DNA of 64,000 bases, taken from Vicugna vicugna (taxonomy: Eukaryota). Within the stretch, counting starts at the first letter, position 1. The number at the start of each line of letters is the position of its first letter. A program made the position numbers and the translations under genes. This document shows positions 21,227 through 35,539 of this stretch, one piece after another. Where the stretch lies: positions 209,696 to 273,695 of the forward strand of contig MU058540.1 of NCBI GenBank assembly GCA_013265495.1. Direction: 5' to 3'. A model generated the notes under the pieces. It was not told where the DNA came from and did not search any database. It saw nothing but the letters and a program-made list of their open reading frames with translations.

Positions 21227-21812
21227 GGGGCCAGGCCAGATGGGGCAGGAGGCTCCGCAGGACCGGACCCCAAGACCACCCTGCCCCACCCCTTCCCTCC
21301 CCTTGCTGTGATACTTCCTCATCTCACCTCCCCTCCCCCCCACTGTAGGAGAGCTGGCTCTGCATGGGGGAGGGATGCAGGGACAATTACTGAAGGAGGA
21401 ACATAAATGGACAAAATATGACGGAGTTCCCAGCCCCACTGAGAGTGACCTCTTGGTCATAGAGCCCCCCATTCCAAATGACTGGGGCAGGTCAGGGGTA
21501 CAGGGTGGGAGTGGGCAAAGGCCCTGATGGGGTTACCTGAGGCCATAGCTGCCCTGTTCACTTGGATGGGCCCCATTTTGAGGTTGTTTGTTCTAATTTA
21601 TTTTAAGCTAGGTAAGGCTGGGGGTTGGGGCTGTGGTACCTTCAGCCTTCATGGGGAGGGAAGAAGGGGAGCTCTTTTTTTTTACGTTGACTTTTTTTTT
21701 CTACTCTGTTTTCCCTTTTCCTTCAGCTCTGTTTGGGGCTCCTGGGGGTTTCAGTCATCTCCCCATTTGGTCCCCTGGATTGTCTTTTCTTTGTCTGTTA
21801 TTCTAACTTGTA

Positions 21813-21818
21813 AATAAA
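21813..21818 (+). terminator. BRD2 polyadenylation signal
   Basis: AATAAA about 590 nt after the stop codon, followed by T/GT-rich sequence. Confidence 0.8.
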
Positions 21819-22345
21819 GAAAATATTATTCAAGTTTCTAGTTCATTATCTTAACATTTGTTTCTGTGGTGTTTTAAAAGGAGCATGATACAATTGAGAA
21901 TGTTGAAAGTATTCCTGAGGTGAGAGAAAAAAGCCATCCTGTTTTAAATAAACCAGTAAGTAGGTTGTTGCTGTGGTGACAAAAATGCATATGCCCTTTG
22001 TAAAGTGAATACTCCAAAATAAGCTTAAGGTTCACAATTTGCTTTGATCTAGATGAAGTAAAAGGCAAATTCTTTGACTCATTCGTGGCTTAACCTAACC
22101 AGGAGTTTTCAGACTCTTCAGGTAACTCAGGTTTTCTGCCAGTGAACTTTCCCCTGGACACATCGCAAGATAGGGAAAGAATGGTGGGGGGTAGCCAACC
22201 AGGGATACCTTTTTTTTGCATTGGGCATCTGCCTTGAGGCAGTTAGACCTGCTTTTGTAATTTGCTGCTTTGGCCTCAAATTGCACATTAACAGCCTTGC
22301 ATAGTTGGTTAATACAATGCCAATTTGGAGAATCTCAGTGATTTC

Positions 22346-22462
22346 CTTTTTGGTTTTGGGGGGAGGAGAGTAATTAGGTTTGTTTAGTGGAGGGACTGGG
22401 GATTGAAGCCAGGACCTCATGCACGCTATAATCACACTATCATTGAGCTATACCCTCCCCCC
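22346..22462 (-). mobile_element. Vic-1-type SINE
   Basis: Reverse-complement tRNA-like head with T-rich tail. Confidence 0.8.
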
Positions 22463-24978
22463 CAATTTTAGCAGTTCTTAACCAAACTGAAAACATTTCT
22501 ATACGTCCAACAGCTGCTTAGAGCTCAGTGAGTGAACCTTTCATCTCCCTTTGAGCTGTCCTAGAGTGATCTTAAAAGATTTTCAAAGTTCAGAAGTACT
22601 TTAGAGTTGGGGTGGGATAGGAGTTACGTAAGTCTGAAAGGACAAATGTTGGAAGTAAGGATTTTGTATGTATAACAATATCAAGAGGGAATTTAAAAGT
22701 CTAAGTTGGGGGGAAGGACAGTTAGAGAATTGAGTCCGTGGCTGCATCCACTTCTGTTCGTGTCCCTTAAGTATTTTTTGTTGGGGGAAATAAAGATTTC
22801 AATTCTGGAAAGGTAGGTTTCTGACTATCTGTGGAGGCAATTTAATGCAGTTCCTATATACTGAATCCAGAACTCAAAATGCTTAAAGAGAAAGACACCT
22901 GGCTTATTTCCTTAACTGCAGAACTGGCTGAGATTAGGCAAGAATAGCTCTGGACCTGGTTTATACCTCCCACTTTGCCACATTAGTAGGCAGTTTACAA
23001 ATGTTCATGAATTTCCTGGCCATCACTATTGGCAGTCCTTGTCCTGGTATTGATCCTTGAGGTTTCCACTTTGGCCAGTACTTTAATGTACGTTTTCTCT
23101 TAGTCACATTAACTGATCCAAGCCTAACTCTGCCCCATCCCCCCCTCTCCTTTTGGCCTTGTAATAGTTTGAGGAGTCAAGTCTCCAACTTGGTTGGAAT
23201 TACTGCCTTCTAAAGTTAACAAGCACCATTTCCAGCGCTATCAGAAGGATGCGATTATGGAGTCCCACTGTGGGCAGTGTTCTTCCCATGCCCTTGCCAG
23301 CACTTGAAAGCATGGGTTCCACTGCGTCTGCTGCTTTTTGCTACCTGTTAACGCCATTTACTCCCCTTCAATGCTTCCACTGGAAGCACTCATTCAGTCA
23401 ACACATTCTGAGTTCCTTTTTTATTTTTCAACTAACACTATCAGGTCAGTAGACTTAGACATTGCCAAACTGCTAAATCAGGAGGTGTGGAGGTGAAGAT
23501 AGAAAGATGGCCCTATACTGATTCTCCATCCAAGTACATTTACTAACTGTCATGGTGCAGTTGTACTGGTCGGCTCCAAGGTGAAAGCAGGACTTGGTCT
23601 TTCAGACTGTTAATTGTTAGCACCCCAGTCTAAGCCTTGCCAACCTTGCTCTTGGTTTCCCTCAGAGCTATTCTGACTGAAAAGCCCTGCTTCCCTGAGG
23701 GGCTCCCAGGACAAGGACCAAAGCTGGTTGGAATTACTCTCTGAGACTTGCCAAAAATCATGTCGGGGAGGTCACTGCTGATGTGATGTCTCGTAATCTC
23801 CCACCTTTGCTTCTTTACTCTTTCTGGATCATCACCCTAGTTTAAGCTCTTTGCGAAATCCCACTTGCCGTTCTTTGTCTCCTCACAGTTTACATGCTGG
23901 GAGCAGGGAAAGGAGGTATCAAACAGTTTTTAATAAAAATCGTGAGTTCTATCAGCACAATATGCAAAGGTCTATAGAGAATTTAGAAGAGAAGGTTCAG
24001 ATCGGAGAGATTTCCAACCAGAACTGTTCAGACATCTCAGAAGGCGAGTAGTGTCTGGCCCAGGGAGGATGGGAGTGAATGTTGCCAGCAGAAGGAACAG
24101 TGATGGTAACTGCCTGCGTGTGTACAGTTTGTAATGGAGCAGCAGGAATGAAGATGTGTGCTTCCAGATAAGGCCAGAGAATCGGGCAGAGCTAGATCAA
24201 GGAGGTCATTTAGGCCACAATAAGAATTTGAATTTTTATCCTGAAGTCTTTAAAAACAGCTTTCATTTATCAGGCACTCACTATGTGCCAAACATTGTAC
24301 TAAAAACAACCTGTAAACTTATTTGAGCCTCATTATAGTCCTCTGAGGTAAGTCTTACTTACCTTCATTTAATAGATGAAGATATGAGGCAGGAAAGTTA
24401 AGGAACATGCCCAAAGTTGCAATACAGCCAGTGAACGCTGCAGATGGGATTTAACCCCAGCAATCTGGTTCCAGGAACTACTATGCTAGAATTCCAATAT
24501 TGTGTGGGCTGGTGGGGAGCTAGGAGACACCTGCCTGGAAGAAATAGCAGTTGGGAGAATCATGTTGGGTTAGCGGGGTGCTGAAAATGGATGTAGAATG
24601 ACAGTTTAGAAAGGCAGTGCCGCGGTCCTTCCCAGTAAGTGAGGATAGTGGTTTGGAGTGGAGAGGTAGCAATGTGCATGAAGAGACGTGGGTAGATTTG
24701 AAACCTATGTAGGAGATAAAATGGATGGGACTATGCTTTGAAGGTTCTTATTTTATCCCCACATACCAAAGGAAGAGTGGAGTTGTGTGTATATATATAC
24801 ATGTACATTTCTGTATCTGTCTCTATCCTTCGGAGTCCTGGAGCATTCCAGCAGTGGAAATTTCATAGTTCCTCAACTAAAGGAATGTCACCCGGCTGAC
24901 AGGTTGGAATGAAGCTCAGCTAGGCTTGCCTAAGTGGTAGGGGTTCTGAGACCCATGTTAATAGCCACAGAGGATCTT

Positions 24979-24994
24979 TGGCGCCACCTGGTGA
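24979..24994 (-). promoter_or_regulatory. Candidate CTCF site between BRD2 and DOA
   Basis: Minus strand reads TCACCAGGTGGCGCCA, close to the CTCF core CCASYAGRKGGCRS. Confidence 0.6.
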
Positions 24995-27479
24995 ACGTGT
25001 TACCCATGACTTCTTCCTGAATGTCGATTCTAGACTTTTGTGTGCCCACCCTCCCATCTTCAGGTGCTTCTTTCCTTTCCTTCTTCCTTTACTATACTTC
25101 ATCCCTTGAAACATGAGCCTTCACTTTTCTGACCCAGAGGTCCTTCTCTCCTTGTACATCTCCTCTACTGTGGTGTCCCCTGGTTCTTTGACACCATTGG
25201 TTCCTCACTCTAGAGTCTCTGCCCCAGCCTTCCATGAGACGGTGTTGTCCCTCATGTTACTCCTTCTTTGGTCCTCTTACTTGCACAGTATTTCTAAGCA
25301 ATTTTATCCATTCCTCTGGAGACAACTGCCACTCATAAAATCTATCTCTGTCTAGACCTTGCTCCAAAGTTCCAAGTCTGTTTTTCAACTGCCTGATGCC
25401 AGTGTCCCATAGGCTTTTGACACACAGTACATGTCCAGAAAAGGTCCTATCTTTTTCCCAAACACATCCCTCTGTGAGTTACCCATTTAAATAACAAGCA
25501 ACCATACAGAACTCATTAATGTGCCTTTCAAATTAAGTCCTCATAATAATCCCATGAAGCAGATAGTCATCACCCTTTTATAGATGAGGCTCAGAACCAG
25601 TAACAGTAACAGTAAATAACAGTCCTACAGTAAGTAAGTAGCAGTGACATTAATGTATCATTACTCTCCCGGACACTGGAGCCAGAGTCTGGTGCTCTGC
25701 CTAGAGTTCTCCCCCGGCTCCCCTTCTCTGTCAGCCACTGAGGCCTGCTGAGCCTTCCTCTATCACTCTGTCCTCTCAGTGCCCCCCAGGCTGGACTGTC
25801 ATGACTCTCTTCTTCCTAGTTTTCTATCCATAGCCCTATTTCCAGTTAATCCACCCCCAACACTGTTGCTGCTGGAGAGATCCTTTAGAAAATAAATCTG
25901 ATCGTGTCACTTATGACCCTTAAGGCTTAAACTCCTTTGCAAGGCATACAAGGCCTCTATCTAGCCTTTGTCACCTCTGTAAGGTCAGAGTCCCCATTCA
26001 CCCTTTGTTGAACTCTGTGCTCAACTCAGAGCAGAAGATAGGGCCTTCCCAGATTCTCCCACAGTTTATTGCCACTGGACCTTGGCATATGCTGTTCTCT
26101 CTGCCTGGAATATGCTCTTTCCCCCATCAGCAATCCTACATAATTTCCAAGAACAACTTGTTACCTCCCTTATAAAGGCTTTTCTGACTGTCCTTTCATC
26201 CCCCATGACAGACACACACACACCTTCCAAGGGACCTCACTGAGCCTCCAACTACATACCAGTCCCTCTCGTTCAACCCCTCCCCTGTCTGCAGGCTCCA
26301 GCACGAGTGTCTAGCATTGTGGCTACACACAGATTGTCTGTGTGGCTGTTCTGCTCACCAGCCTTTTGAGGACTCTCCCAGTGGACCATCAGACTGACAA
26401 CTTCCCTTTTCAGTTCACAACTTAACTTCCTTCCTCCTTAGTTTTGCCCCACCGTGCATATGTTCCAAGGCTCTTTTGTGAGCTAGGGACTGTCTCTTAT
26501 TCTTTATATCCTTAACTTCCCCTGGGGAAGTGGTTTCAATATAAGCATAAATGAAGGTGAAACTTTCTCTTGGCATTTGCATCCATGCAGATGCCCCAGC
26601 ACAGATCCCAAAAGGAGGTTGATCAGCCCTGCCTTAGGGCTGACAGGCCCAGAGTTGGGATTTGGACAGGATGTATCATCAAGGTAGGGTAAATGCCGGG
26701 TAAACAACCGTCCTGGTTTTGCCCAGCACTGAGGAGCTTTCCAGGACCTGGGACTGTTAGCAATTAAACTGAGACAGTCCTGGACAAATTGGGATGAGCG
26801 GTCACCTCATGAAAGGGAGACTTAATCACCACTTAGGACATATAGGGAGGTAGTGCTAATACACACTAGGTTGTATTATTGTCCAGGTCCTAAGCTTGTC
26901 ACTTTATATATTCATCTCATGATTCTCACAATGTTCAACTCTTGATCGTTAGAGTCTATGATACCCACTTAACAGAAGAGAAAACAGAGATCCAGAGAGG
27001 AATATTAACTTGACCTTAATCATTGGTTCCAAAGACCATGTCTTTCTGCTCTACCATGTTGTCTCAGGGGTCCTTCAACCACCTACTTCCCTCGTGTCCT
27101 GCCCCCCCCCACCAGGCCAGTACCCCTCCCTCCCTCACTGGGGCACTAGGCCTCTCACCTCCATTGAGGCCTGCCCTCAACCTAAGGTGGCCAGGATAAG
27201 AATAGCTCCTGTAAAAGTAAGAGAGACCCATCATCCAAACTTCAAGTCATTTTGTGTCCTTGGATAGCAAGTAAATATTTATACACAATAAAATATTTCT
27301 CACGTGTTTGCCAAATGAGGACACTGCTAATTTTGTTGAGTAAGTTAATGTTTGGTGGGGAAAAAAGTAAAGTGCTCTTTTATCAGCTATAACTGTCAAA
27401 CCTCAAAGTCGGTTACTATTATAGTTTCTGAGACTGAGAACATAACACTGGACAACCCATTAATACTTTCCACCTATTA

Positions 27480-28290
27480 AAGATATCATGATATTTGTCG
27501 TTCTCTGTTTGATTTATTTCACTTAGTATGATCATTTCTAGGTCCATCCATTTTGCTGCAAATGGCATTATTTCATTCTTTTCTATAGCTGAGTAATATT
27601 CCATTATATATACATATATATACAACATCTTTAACCAGTCAGCTGTCAATGGACACGTAGGTTGCTAAACAAATGGGACCTAATCAAACTTATAAGCTTT
27701 TACACATAAACAAACAACCATAAACAAATCAAAAAGACAACCTACAGAACAGGAGATAATATTTGCAAGGGATGTGACCAACAAGACCTTAATTTCCGAA
27801 ATATACAAACAGCTCATACAGCTCAACATAAAAACAAAAAAACCAAATGTTAAAAAAAAAACAAAAACCCAAACAACCCAATCAAAAAATGAACAGAAGA
27901 CCTAAGTAGACATTTCTTCAAAGAAGACATACAGATGGCTGACAGGACATGAAGATATACTCAACATCGCTAATTGTTAGAGAAATGCAAATTGAAACCA
28001 CAGTGAGATGTATCACCTCACACCAGTCGGAACGGCCATCAGCAAAAAGTCTACAAATAATAAATGTTGGAGAGGGTGTGGGGAAAAGGAAACCCTCCTA
28101 TACCGTTGATGGCAATGTAAATTGGTGCAGCCACTACGGGGAACAATATGGAGGTTCCTTAAAAAACTAAAAATAGAATTACCATAAGATCCAACAATCC
28201 CACTCCTGGGCATATATCTGGAAAAGATGAAAACTCTAATTCGAAAAGATACATGCACCCCAATGTTCATAATAGCACTATTTACAGTAT
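27480..28290. mobile_element. L1 fragment with internal inversion
   Basis: 27666-28290 is L1 ORF2 3' sequence on +; 27480-27665 is the immediately following L1 sequence on - (translates MEYYSAIEKNEIMPFAAKWMDLE). Confidence 0.85.
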
Positions 28291-30673
28291 CTTTTTAAAA
28301 GTAGTTTCTAAGATTCCACCATGCTGTAGAAAATTAATTTTTTTCACCAAGCCCAGCTAAAATGAGTTTAGCTGAAGAACAATTAGGAAGTGTGAAGACA
28401 CAAAAGAAGAAATGAAATGAACTTGTTCCATAAGTATAGGTGAGGGAATTCCCAATGATGACTTTCACTGTGTGAAGAGGAACCAGGCTGAGTAAACATT
28501 ATTCACCATCTGAGTGGATCCACTCAGTAAAATCACTGAGCAATATCTGAATGGTGACTATTCATACCTGCCATCCGTCCTCACCATCCCTTCAGGTTTG
28601 GCTTAGAGACTGGGACGTTTATGAATGAAGGGGCCTACGGAAACGACGGTGTAGGAGGTAGATGTGAATGAGATGGGGCTCTGATCAGGTGGACAGGTCC
28701 CTGAGGGGAAGGTAGGGGAGGGGAAATATCTTGGCTTGTAATGAGGAGGAATTTGAGAGCTGAGTGGACTACATTTCACTCTTCAGTCAGTCAGGTGTTT
28801 AAACATTTACTGGGGAGCTGTCATGTTCCGGGTGTTACGGTAAGAACTTGTACCTGGAGCAAAGCCATCTACTGCAGCCCTGAGGGAAGGAGTGAAGGAC
28901 AACCTTGGAATCCAACCAGGTCTCAGGTGTGGCATCAGGGCTCCAGGGACAAGGCAGCAGGAAGTTTCCAGGGGTCAGAAATGCCAGGGGGTCCTCTCCT
29001 TGGGAGATCTGGGATTTACTCAGATTTGGAGCCTCCACATGAGGCGGAGTCAAACCACAAGATGGAGCCAAATAACATTTAGTGGCAATGACTGAAGATG
29101 GGGTGAGGAGACATGGTAGGAAGTGACTGCTTCTTTGTACAGGCTTGGTCACTCCCCAAAAGGCTTTCTTGGAGGTTGAATGAGGAAAGAAAGCCTGGTG
29201 GGAGGGGCTCCATTCAAGGAGAGGCACCTGTCCCTCAATGGAAACGGGTAATGTGATGGAGAGGGACTGGAAATGGGTGGTATATTTAGCAAAGATGAGC
29301 AGGGAAGCTGCTGAATTTTCACCACATGAGTTGTGAATGAATGATGAGTTGGAAGCATCGATGTTTAAGATTGTGGGCAGGATGATTCCAAGGAAAGACA
29401 GTGTGGCTGTAACTTAATGAAAGAAGGAAGGGTGGAGGGAGGGGAGGTTGGAGAGCCTTGGCCAGTAAGGAATTTAGAGTATATTCTAAGTGAGAAAGAA
29501 ACTCTGAACAAGGGAAGATACATAAATGATGTGGTTGGGAGAAGTAAAGTCTCTTCAGTAATTCCAGAACCTGGTCATTCTTCTACTTGTCTGTAAGAGA
29601 CAGAAGGTCCAACGAAGAGAACAGGAAAATCCTGACAAGGAAGGTAAGCGGTGGTCCCAGGATGACAGCTGTCTTGTTGAGGGCAACTAGTTAAGACTGA
29701 AGCAGACAGAAGTTTCTGGACGTTTTAGCTGACCATGAAATTGACAGACTACCTGGTGTATCTGATTGCATTGTGAGGAAATTTGTGTTTCACTAATGAC
29801 AGGTACAAATAAAACTAGGCCAAGAAAACAAGACAATTATTCATCCCAGGAAAAACAGAAGGTTGTCTCAGAAAGAAAGAGCAAGCACGACATCGTGCAA
29901 AAAAATCATATGAAAATGAATATACAAACGTATGTGCATGACTGGGGCATCATACTGTATGGCAGAAACCAACACACTGTAACTGACTTTCCTTCAATAA
30001 AACGAAAATTCAAAATGTTTTTTTAAAAAAAGAAAGAGCATGCACGGTTTACTCTGTGGTTTGGCTGTAAATAACCTTTACAAGGTCATAATAATATAAA
30101 CACTGAACATCAACCCACAGAATTACAGTGTAACTATATTAAAGGAAGGGCATATGGAAAGGGTATACCAGTGTACAGTGAGGATAAAAAATAATCGAAA
30201 TCCTCTTCTTTCATAGTGGGAAGTAAAGAGATAAGGTCTAAAGTTGAAAAATCAAGATGTAGCAAAACAGATGTTATTTAAAGACAGAAGATCAACAGCA
30301 ACAGAATTAGTTGAAAACAATTGAAAGTTGTCAACTCTGGGGGCAATGACATGAATGGAGAGAGGGCTGGATATGTTTATTATCTTTAGGGTCAGAGTAT
30401 AAAAATACTGAAGAGGAGGTAACTATTGAACATCTATTCTAAAAGAGATTGAAAGAAATCAGATCAAGAAGGCAGAAGGACAGTTTTTTTTTTAATGAGA
30501 AGCTATTTACTTTGATATCAGAAGGAAAAAAATGTGTGAGGACAGATATATAAACCTAAAAGGTTTGGAATTGCTCCATCTTCCTTCCAAATTGCTTCCA
30601 GTGACTTCTGGGTAATAAATGCATAGTGAAAAAAAGCACACTCCTGGTCCAAAGAAAGAACACTTTTAATGAC

Positions 30674-30679
30674 TTTATT
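30674..30679 (-). terminator. Candidate DOA polyadenylation signal
   Basis: AATAAA on the minus strand about 2.1 kb past the stop. Other AATAAA occur at about 31237 and 31798, so the site used is uncertain. Confidence 0.4.
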
Positions 30680-32769
30680 AAACCTTAGGACAGAGATCAA
30701 AGAAACACCTTTCCAAGGATGCATCTAGTTAAGTTTTAAGTAAAAGATCGGCAGAGATCAAGGCATGCTGGGGACAGAGCTACCTCGTGGTGTCTTCTGA
30801 CAGCCTCTTCTCTTTCTGAGGACGACCCGACTCCTCACCTCAGAGGAGCCAGGCTTGTTCTGTGGGATCTCGGTCCCCTGGTCACAGTACAATGGACTGG
30901 GATGGCCACCTGCCCCACCTGCCCCAAGTATGAGCAGCCATTTGTTTTTCCAATAATTATAAATTGTGACTAGGGGACACAGGCTCTGTGGGCAGCTAGA
31001 GCTGAGATGACATCCAAACACAAGTACTCTAGAGCTGACATGTTAGCTGAAAAGGACAGTCAGTCCACAGAGAGAACAGGACTAACCTGCAGAAGAGTCT
31101 GGAGAGCAGAGACCACATGGCCCAGAGACAGCAAGTGCGGCTGCTCTAGGTTCTGCTGGCTCTTCAGTTCTGCAGTCCGTTCCCTGCGAGGACTGGCTAA
31201 AACCCACCCTTGGGTTCTGGGTACCACTCCTGTGTCTTTATTGTAAATATCCTCTCCTTTTGTCTATAATCACATTGTAATCGGGTTTCTGTTCCTAACA
31301 AACAAAAACCTTGACTAGGACAATCCTCTCCCACTTCCATCGGAGTCCTCTTCTGGCCAATAGTTGGCCCCATCTTATTCTCTCTTGGGAAGTCCACAAA
31401 GTCCCCATAATCTCTTGATTTTTTCTTTTCCAGGATGAAATAGTCATAATTCAAAGCCCTATCTTGTCCCTTTTGACCTGTATCTTGCTCAACCTTTATG
31501 CCCAAAAGACCCGTGTTCTCCAGAAAGCCTTCCTGGACCTCTTCAGACTTCAGGGATGCCCTCTTCCAATGACCTCCAATAGCACCAGACTACATCAGTG
31601 GGCCCCAGTTACCAGACCACAGCCTGGGTCTGGGGTGGCTGTAACAGCATCATTGGAGTGGGTTAAAAATGGCAGACTCACCACTCACCCTTCTGCAAAG
31701 ATTCTAATTCAGTAGATCTGAGTGAAGCCCATACTTTCTAAAAGGCTCCCCCATGATTCTTAGTGCATTCTGATTTGAAAACCACTCATCTGTACCACTT
31801 TATTTGATACTTGGCATAAACTACTTTGTTTGGTTACTTATCTGTTTGTGTGTTGAAAATTTTGTTCACGGTAACTAAAATCTTCCAGGCTACATATTTA
31901 GAGAACATTCAGGTGGATGGCTCTTAGACCCCGTCCCCCTCCTTGTACCAGACACTTGCTGATCTATTCTGTTACCCTCCTGACCCTCCTGATAGGACGG
32001 ACCCCAGGCAAAGGATGTAGCCATCTTACCCCAGCTTTCGGCCTCTCTTTGTCATGCATGGGACTCTAGGGAATGTAGAAAAAAGGAGATGACATCATAG
32101 ATCATACCAATGGCTTCTTCATTACAGAGTAAATCAAGAGTGGAATTTCCATGAACATTTCCTCTCCCGGTGTCCTGCAGAACTGTCATGGGTTGCGGGA
32201 AGTTACAGTGAATGGGATACTCTGCACCGCTTTCCAGGCAAATCTGAATTCAGGATGCAAATTTCACGAAGTCCATGTGAAATGGGCCATTCACAAGTAA
32301 CACACAAGGGGCCCGAAATTGATGAGTCAAATGGAGCAAGACATAGCTGGACTGGCCCAAGAATGACTGCCAACCCCTAGTACCAATTGTTTATGCTCAC
32401 TGGTCGTCACCGGAAATCCAGTCTTCCAGATCCTAGCATCCTCTACACCCTGAGAGAACTGGCCAAGACCTGGTAAAACGGATATGGTGCAAACACTGTT
32501 AAACATTTTACTGCTACTACAGGGCTTTGGGTAGATCAAGAAAGTGTGTGTGTGTTGGAGTTGGGAAGGGGAGCTAGTTTGTGTCCCACAAGTCCTGCCA
32601 TGAGTACTGGGGCTAAAAAATAGGAAACCTGCAGGACAGAGGTTGATCCCAAAGTCAGCACAGGGGGATGCACTTGGTCGACGCAGTACTGAGCACTCAA
32701 GGGCTGTCAGAGACTTGCCAGGAAGCTGAAGACGGGGGTCCTCCAAACCCGTTTCTCTCAGAAGGGTCA

Positions 32770-35399
32770 TTACCTAAAGTAGCAAAAATCATATGACCAA
32801 GCTTTTCAAGGTCAGAATTCCAGGATGCCATCTCTGTCCACCTCCCCAAAACCTGACCCCTTCACCTCACCTCTGCGCTTCCATTCCCTGCCCACCCCTT
32901 GTCCCCAACCCTATTCCTCCACACAGAATCCTCCACCCTCATCCTACACAGTCATCTACTTTCCTCCCCCAGACTCTTGAGGCCTCTGCACCTGGGGGCT
33001 CTGGACAAGCGTGAGCCTGTGATGATGAGGACGATGCCCACCAGGAAGCCCACCAGGCCGAGGGCCAGGCCGAGGGCACAGACCAGCGTCCCTGTGGTGT
33101 CTGGCAGCGGGGTAGGCATCTGGGGCTCTGGGAGAGAAAGGAAGGGTCAGGGGGGACAGCAAAGGGATTCGCGAGTGAAGGACATGCAGGGGAGGGGGCT
33201 CCATACCCCAGTGCTTAAAGAGCGGCTTGTCCAGGCCCCAGTGCTCCACCCTGCAGTCGTAGAAGTCGTCTGCCGAGGGCACAAAGGTCAGGTAGTGGAA
33301 CTTGCGAAACAAATGGTCAGGCTGGGCATAGAAGCTGGTCTGGGCCACGCCCTCAGTGACCGTCTGACCATTGCGCAGCCAGGTGATATTGATCACAGGG
33401 GGGAAGATGTTGTCCACCATGCAGATGAGGACGTTGGGCTGGCCCAGCTCCACTCGCGACTTGGGGAGTATGGTCACTCTTGGAGGCACTAGGAGGAACA
33501 AGGTCCTGAATCCCAAGGCTGATCCCTGCAGGGCTGGGATCAAGGGATGCTCCCTCCTATTTAGCCTCCTCCGGGCAGGGGATGCTCTGCATTGCTGACT
33601 GCTGGGGCAGGAACCAGGAGGACAGAGGGAGAGGAGACTGAGGAGGGCAGTGGGGGCACCTGTATCTGACAGGTCCCTGAGGGGGGGTCCAGGTAGAGGC
33701 AGGGGGTCATTCCTCAAGGGGAAGAGGCTGCTGAAGGAATCTGGGAGAATCTAGAACCTCCTGGGAAAGAAAGGGGCTGAGCACAACAGTCACAGATTCT
33801 AAGAGTGGTGCCTCATGGCCAATAGAGGCCTGGGAGGTGGGGAAGAGGCTGCCCTGGGCCTCCCCTACTCCTGGGGCAGGGAGCAGAGGAAGGGCCCAGT
33901 ACCATTGGTGGCTCTGGTGCGGTTGGAACGCTCCACCAAGACATCCAGATGGGCTTTGATCATGGCGATGCTGGCCAGCCCACTCTGCGGGTCAAAGTAG
34001 GCGAAGTTGCCAAATTCAGGCAGACGCCACACAGCCTCCCTCTTCTTCAGGTCCACAGAGAATAGCTGTTCCCCATCGAAATCGTAAGTGAACTGACCCG
34101 AGGCATCATAGGACTGGTAGAACGCTGGTCCATAGGAGCCCATGTGGTCAGCTGTATTGGGTGAGTTCAGGGTCAGGGAGAGGAAAGAAAATGCATCAAT
34201 CTCATGACATGTGATGTGTCTCTGAGCTGTGCCCCATCCTGGGTTCTGTGCAGAGGCAGAGACCTGTCCTGACGCTGAGTAGAAGGATTGCTGGGGCGTG
34301 GAAAGGAGAGGCTGCAGAGAAACGGGCCCACCACACTGGCCAGCACAGAGACATGGGCGCAGGCTGGCAGACTGGGTTGGGAAGAGGAGAGGCTGCTTAA
34401 AGTCATGCTTGGGATGCGCAGAGTTAAATCCTGGCTATGATCATCTGCTCCAGCTGTGCTGTCTGGTCCTGTGTGTGAAATGAAGTGTGGAGGGGTAGGA
34501 TGAGGAGAAAATAAAGACGGCTAGGAGCAAAGTGGAGCTTTGGGCACAGAGATGCGGTGGAGGTGGGTGTGAGGGAAAACAGGTGATAGCCGGCAGGTGT
34601 AAAAATTAAGGTTTGTGACACAGAGACTAAAGGGATAGAAAAAATCAGCCCCAGGTCTTGCAGAGAGCAATGGAAGAAGAGTCAGAAGTTCAAATTTCAT
34701 GTTCCAACTCTTCTGTCTCAGAGCATTATGATTAAATGTCTTTTCCCCTAACAGAGGCTCAGTTTTCTAGAAATTAAAGGTTAAGTGTTCATTGATAAGA
34801 TTCCTTTATAACTCTATGTAATTATTTGTTCAATAGTCTTTGATGGCCTACCATGTGCCCGGCACACTACCAGGCCCCAAGGAAATACAGACGAGCCAGC
34901 TGTGGACCCCTCATCCAAGGAGCTCACGTCTGGAGCAGGAGAAAGACAGATAAACATCCACCTATCGACACGGGGAGAAAGATGGCCATGGAACCAGACT
35001 AGAATGGACAAGCTCCAAGTCAGGAAGTGGTAGAGAAATCGGGGTGCTGGGCGGCAGTACAATGGAGGTTTGGGTCTCAGAAAGGAGGGAGGAATGAGGA
35101 GGTACCTGAAACTGACACTGCTGTGGCTGGACTGCGCTGCATCTGTATTTTGGGTCCAGGACAGACAAATCAAGGTGAGAGGGCTGGGGGATCTCTTGGT
35201 AAGGGAAGTTGCCCATAAACCAGAAGAGAGGAACAGTTCGTGCTCTGTGCTGTCTCAGCTGGCACGTAACCCAACACCCTCAAGCTCCGCTCCTCACCCA
35301 GCAGCCTCAGCACTCACCCTTGATGGCCCCGGCTGCCTGGGGCCTCAGGAGGGTCATCAAGGTGTGGAGTCCCAGGACCAGCCCCCCACTGAGGACCAT
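32770..35399 (-). CDS. DOA: MHC class II DO alpha chain, 5 coding exons, 250 aa
   Basis: Exons (minus): 35399-35318 (signal [27 protein letters not shown]), 34151-33903 (alpha1 [21 protein letters not shown]), 33488-33207 (alpha2 Ig-C1, both Cys), 33127-32992 (connecting peptide/TM), 32773-32770 (G+TAA). 753 nt, in frame, all GT-AG. Confidence 0.98.
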
Positions 35400-35495
35400 T
35401 GCCCTCTGTCTTGGTCGGTGTAGGGGTAAAGGAAGAAGGCAGAAGTAAAGAGGAAGAAAACAGATCCTAGGCTGGGGGAGACCCCTGCCGTATTC

Positions 35496-35539
35496 AGCCA
35501 ATCAGAGAAATTCTCTGAGTTAGGGTAGCTGTTGCTGAG
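35496..35539 (-). promoter_or_regulatory. DOA class II X-Y promoter module
   Basis: Minus strand: X1-like CTCAGCAACAGCTA (35539-35526), 20-bp spacer, Y box CTGATTGGCT (35505-35496), about 100 nt upstream of the ATG. Confidence 0.85.

Noticed and set aside
32899..33492. 197-aa ORF on + over DOA exons 3-4 (similar antisense ORFs lie over DPA, DPB and BRD2)
   Set aside because: Antisense shadows of real coding exons.
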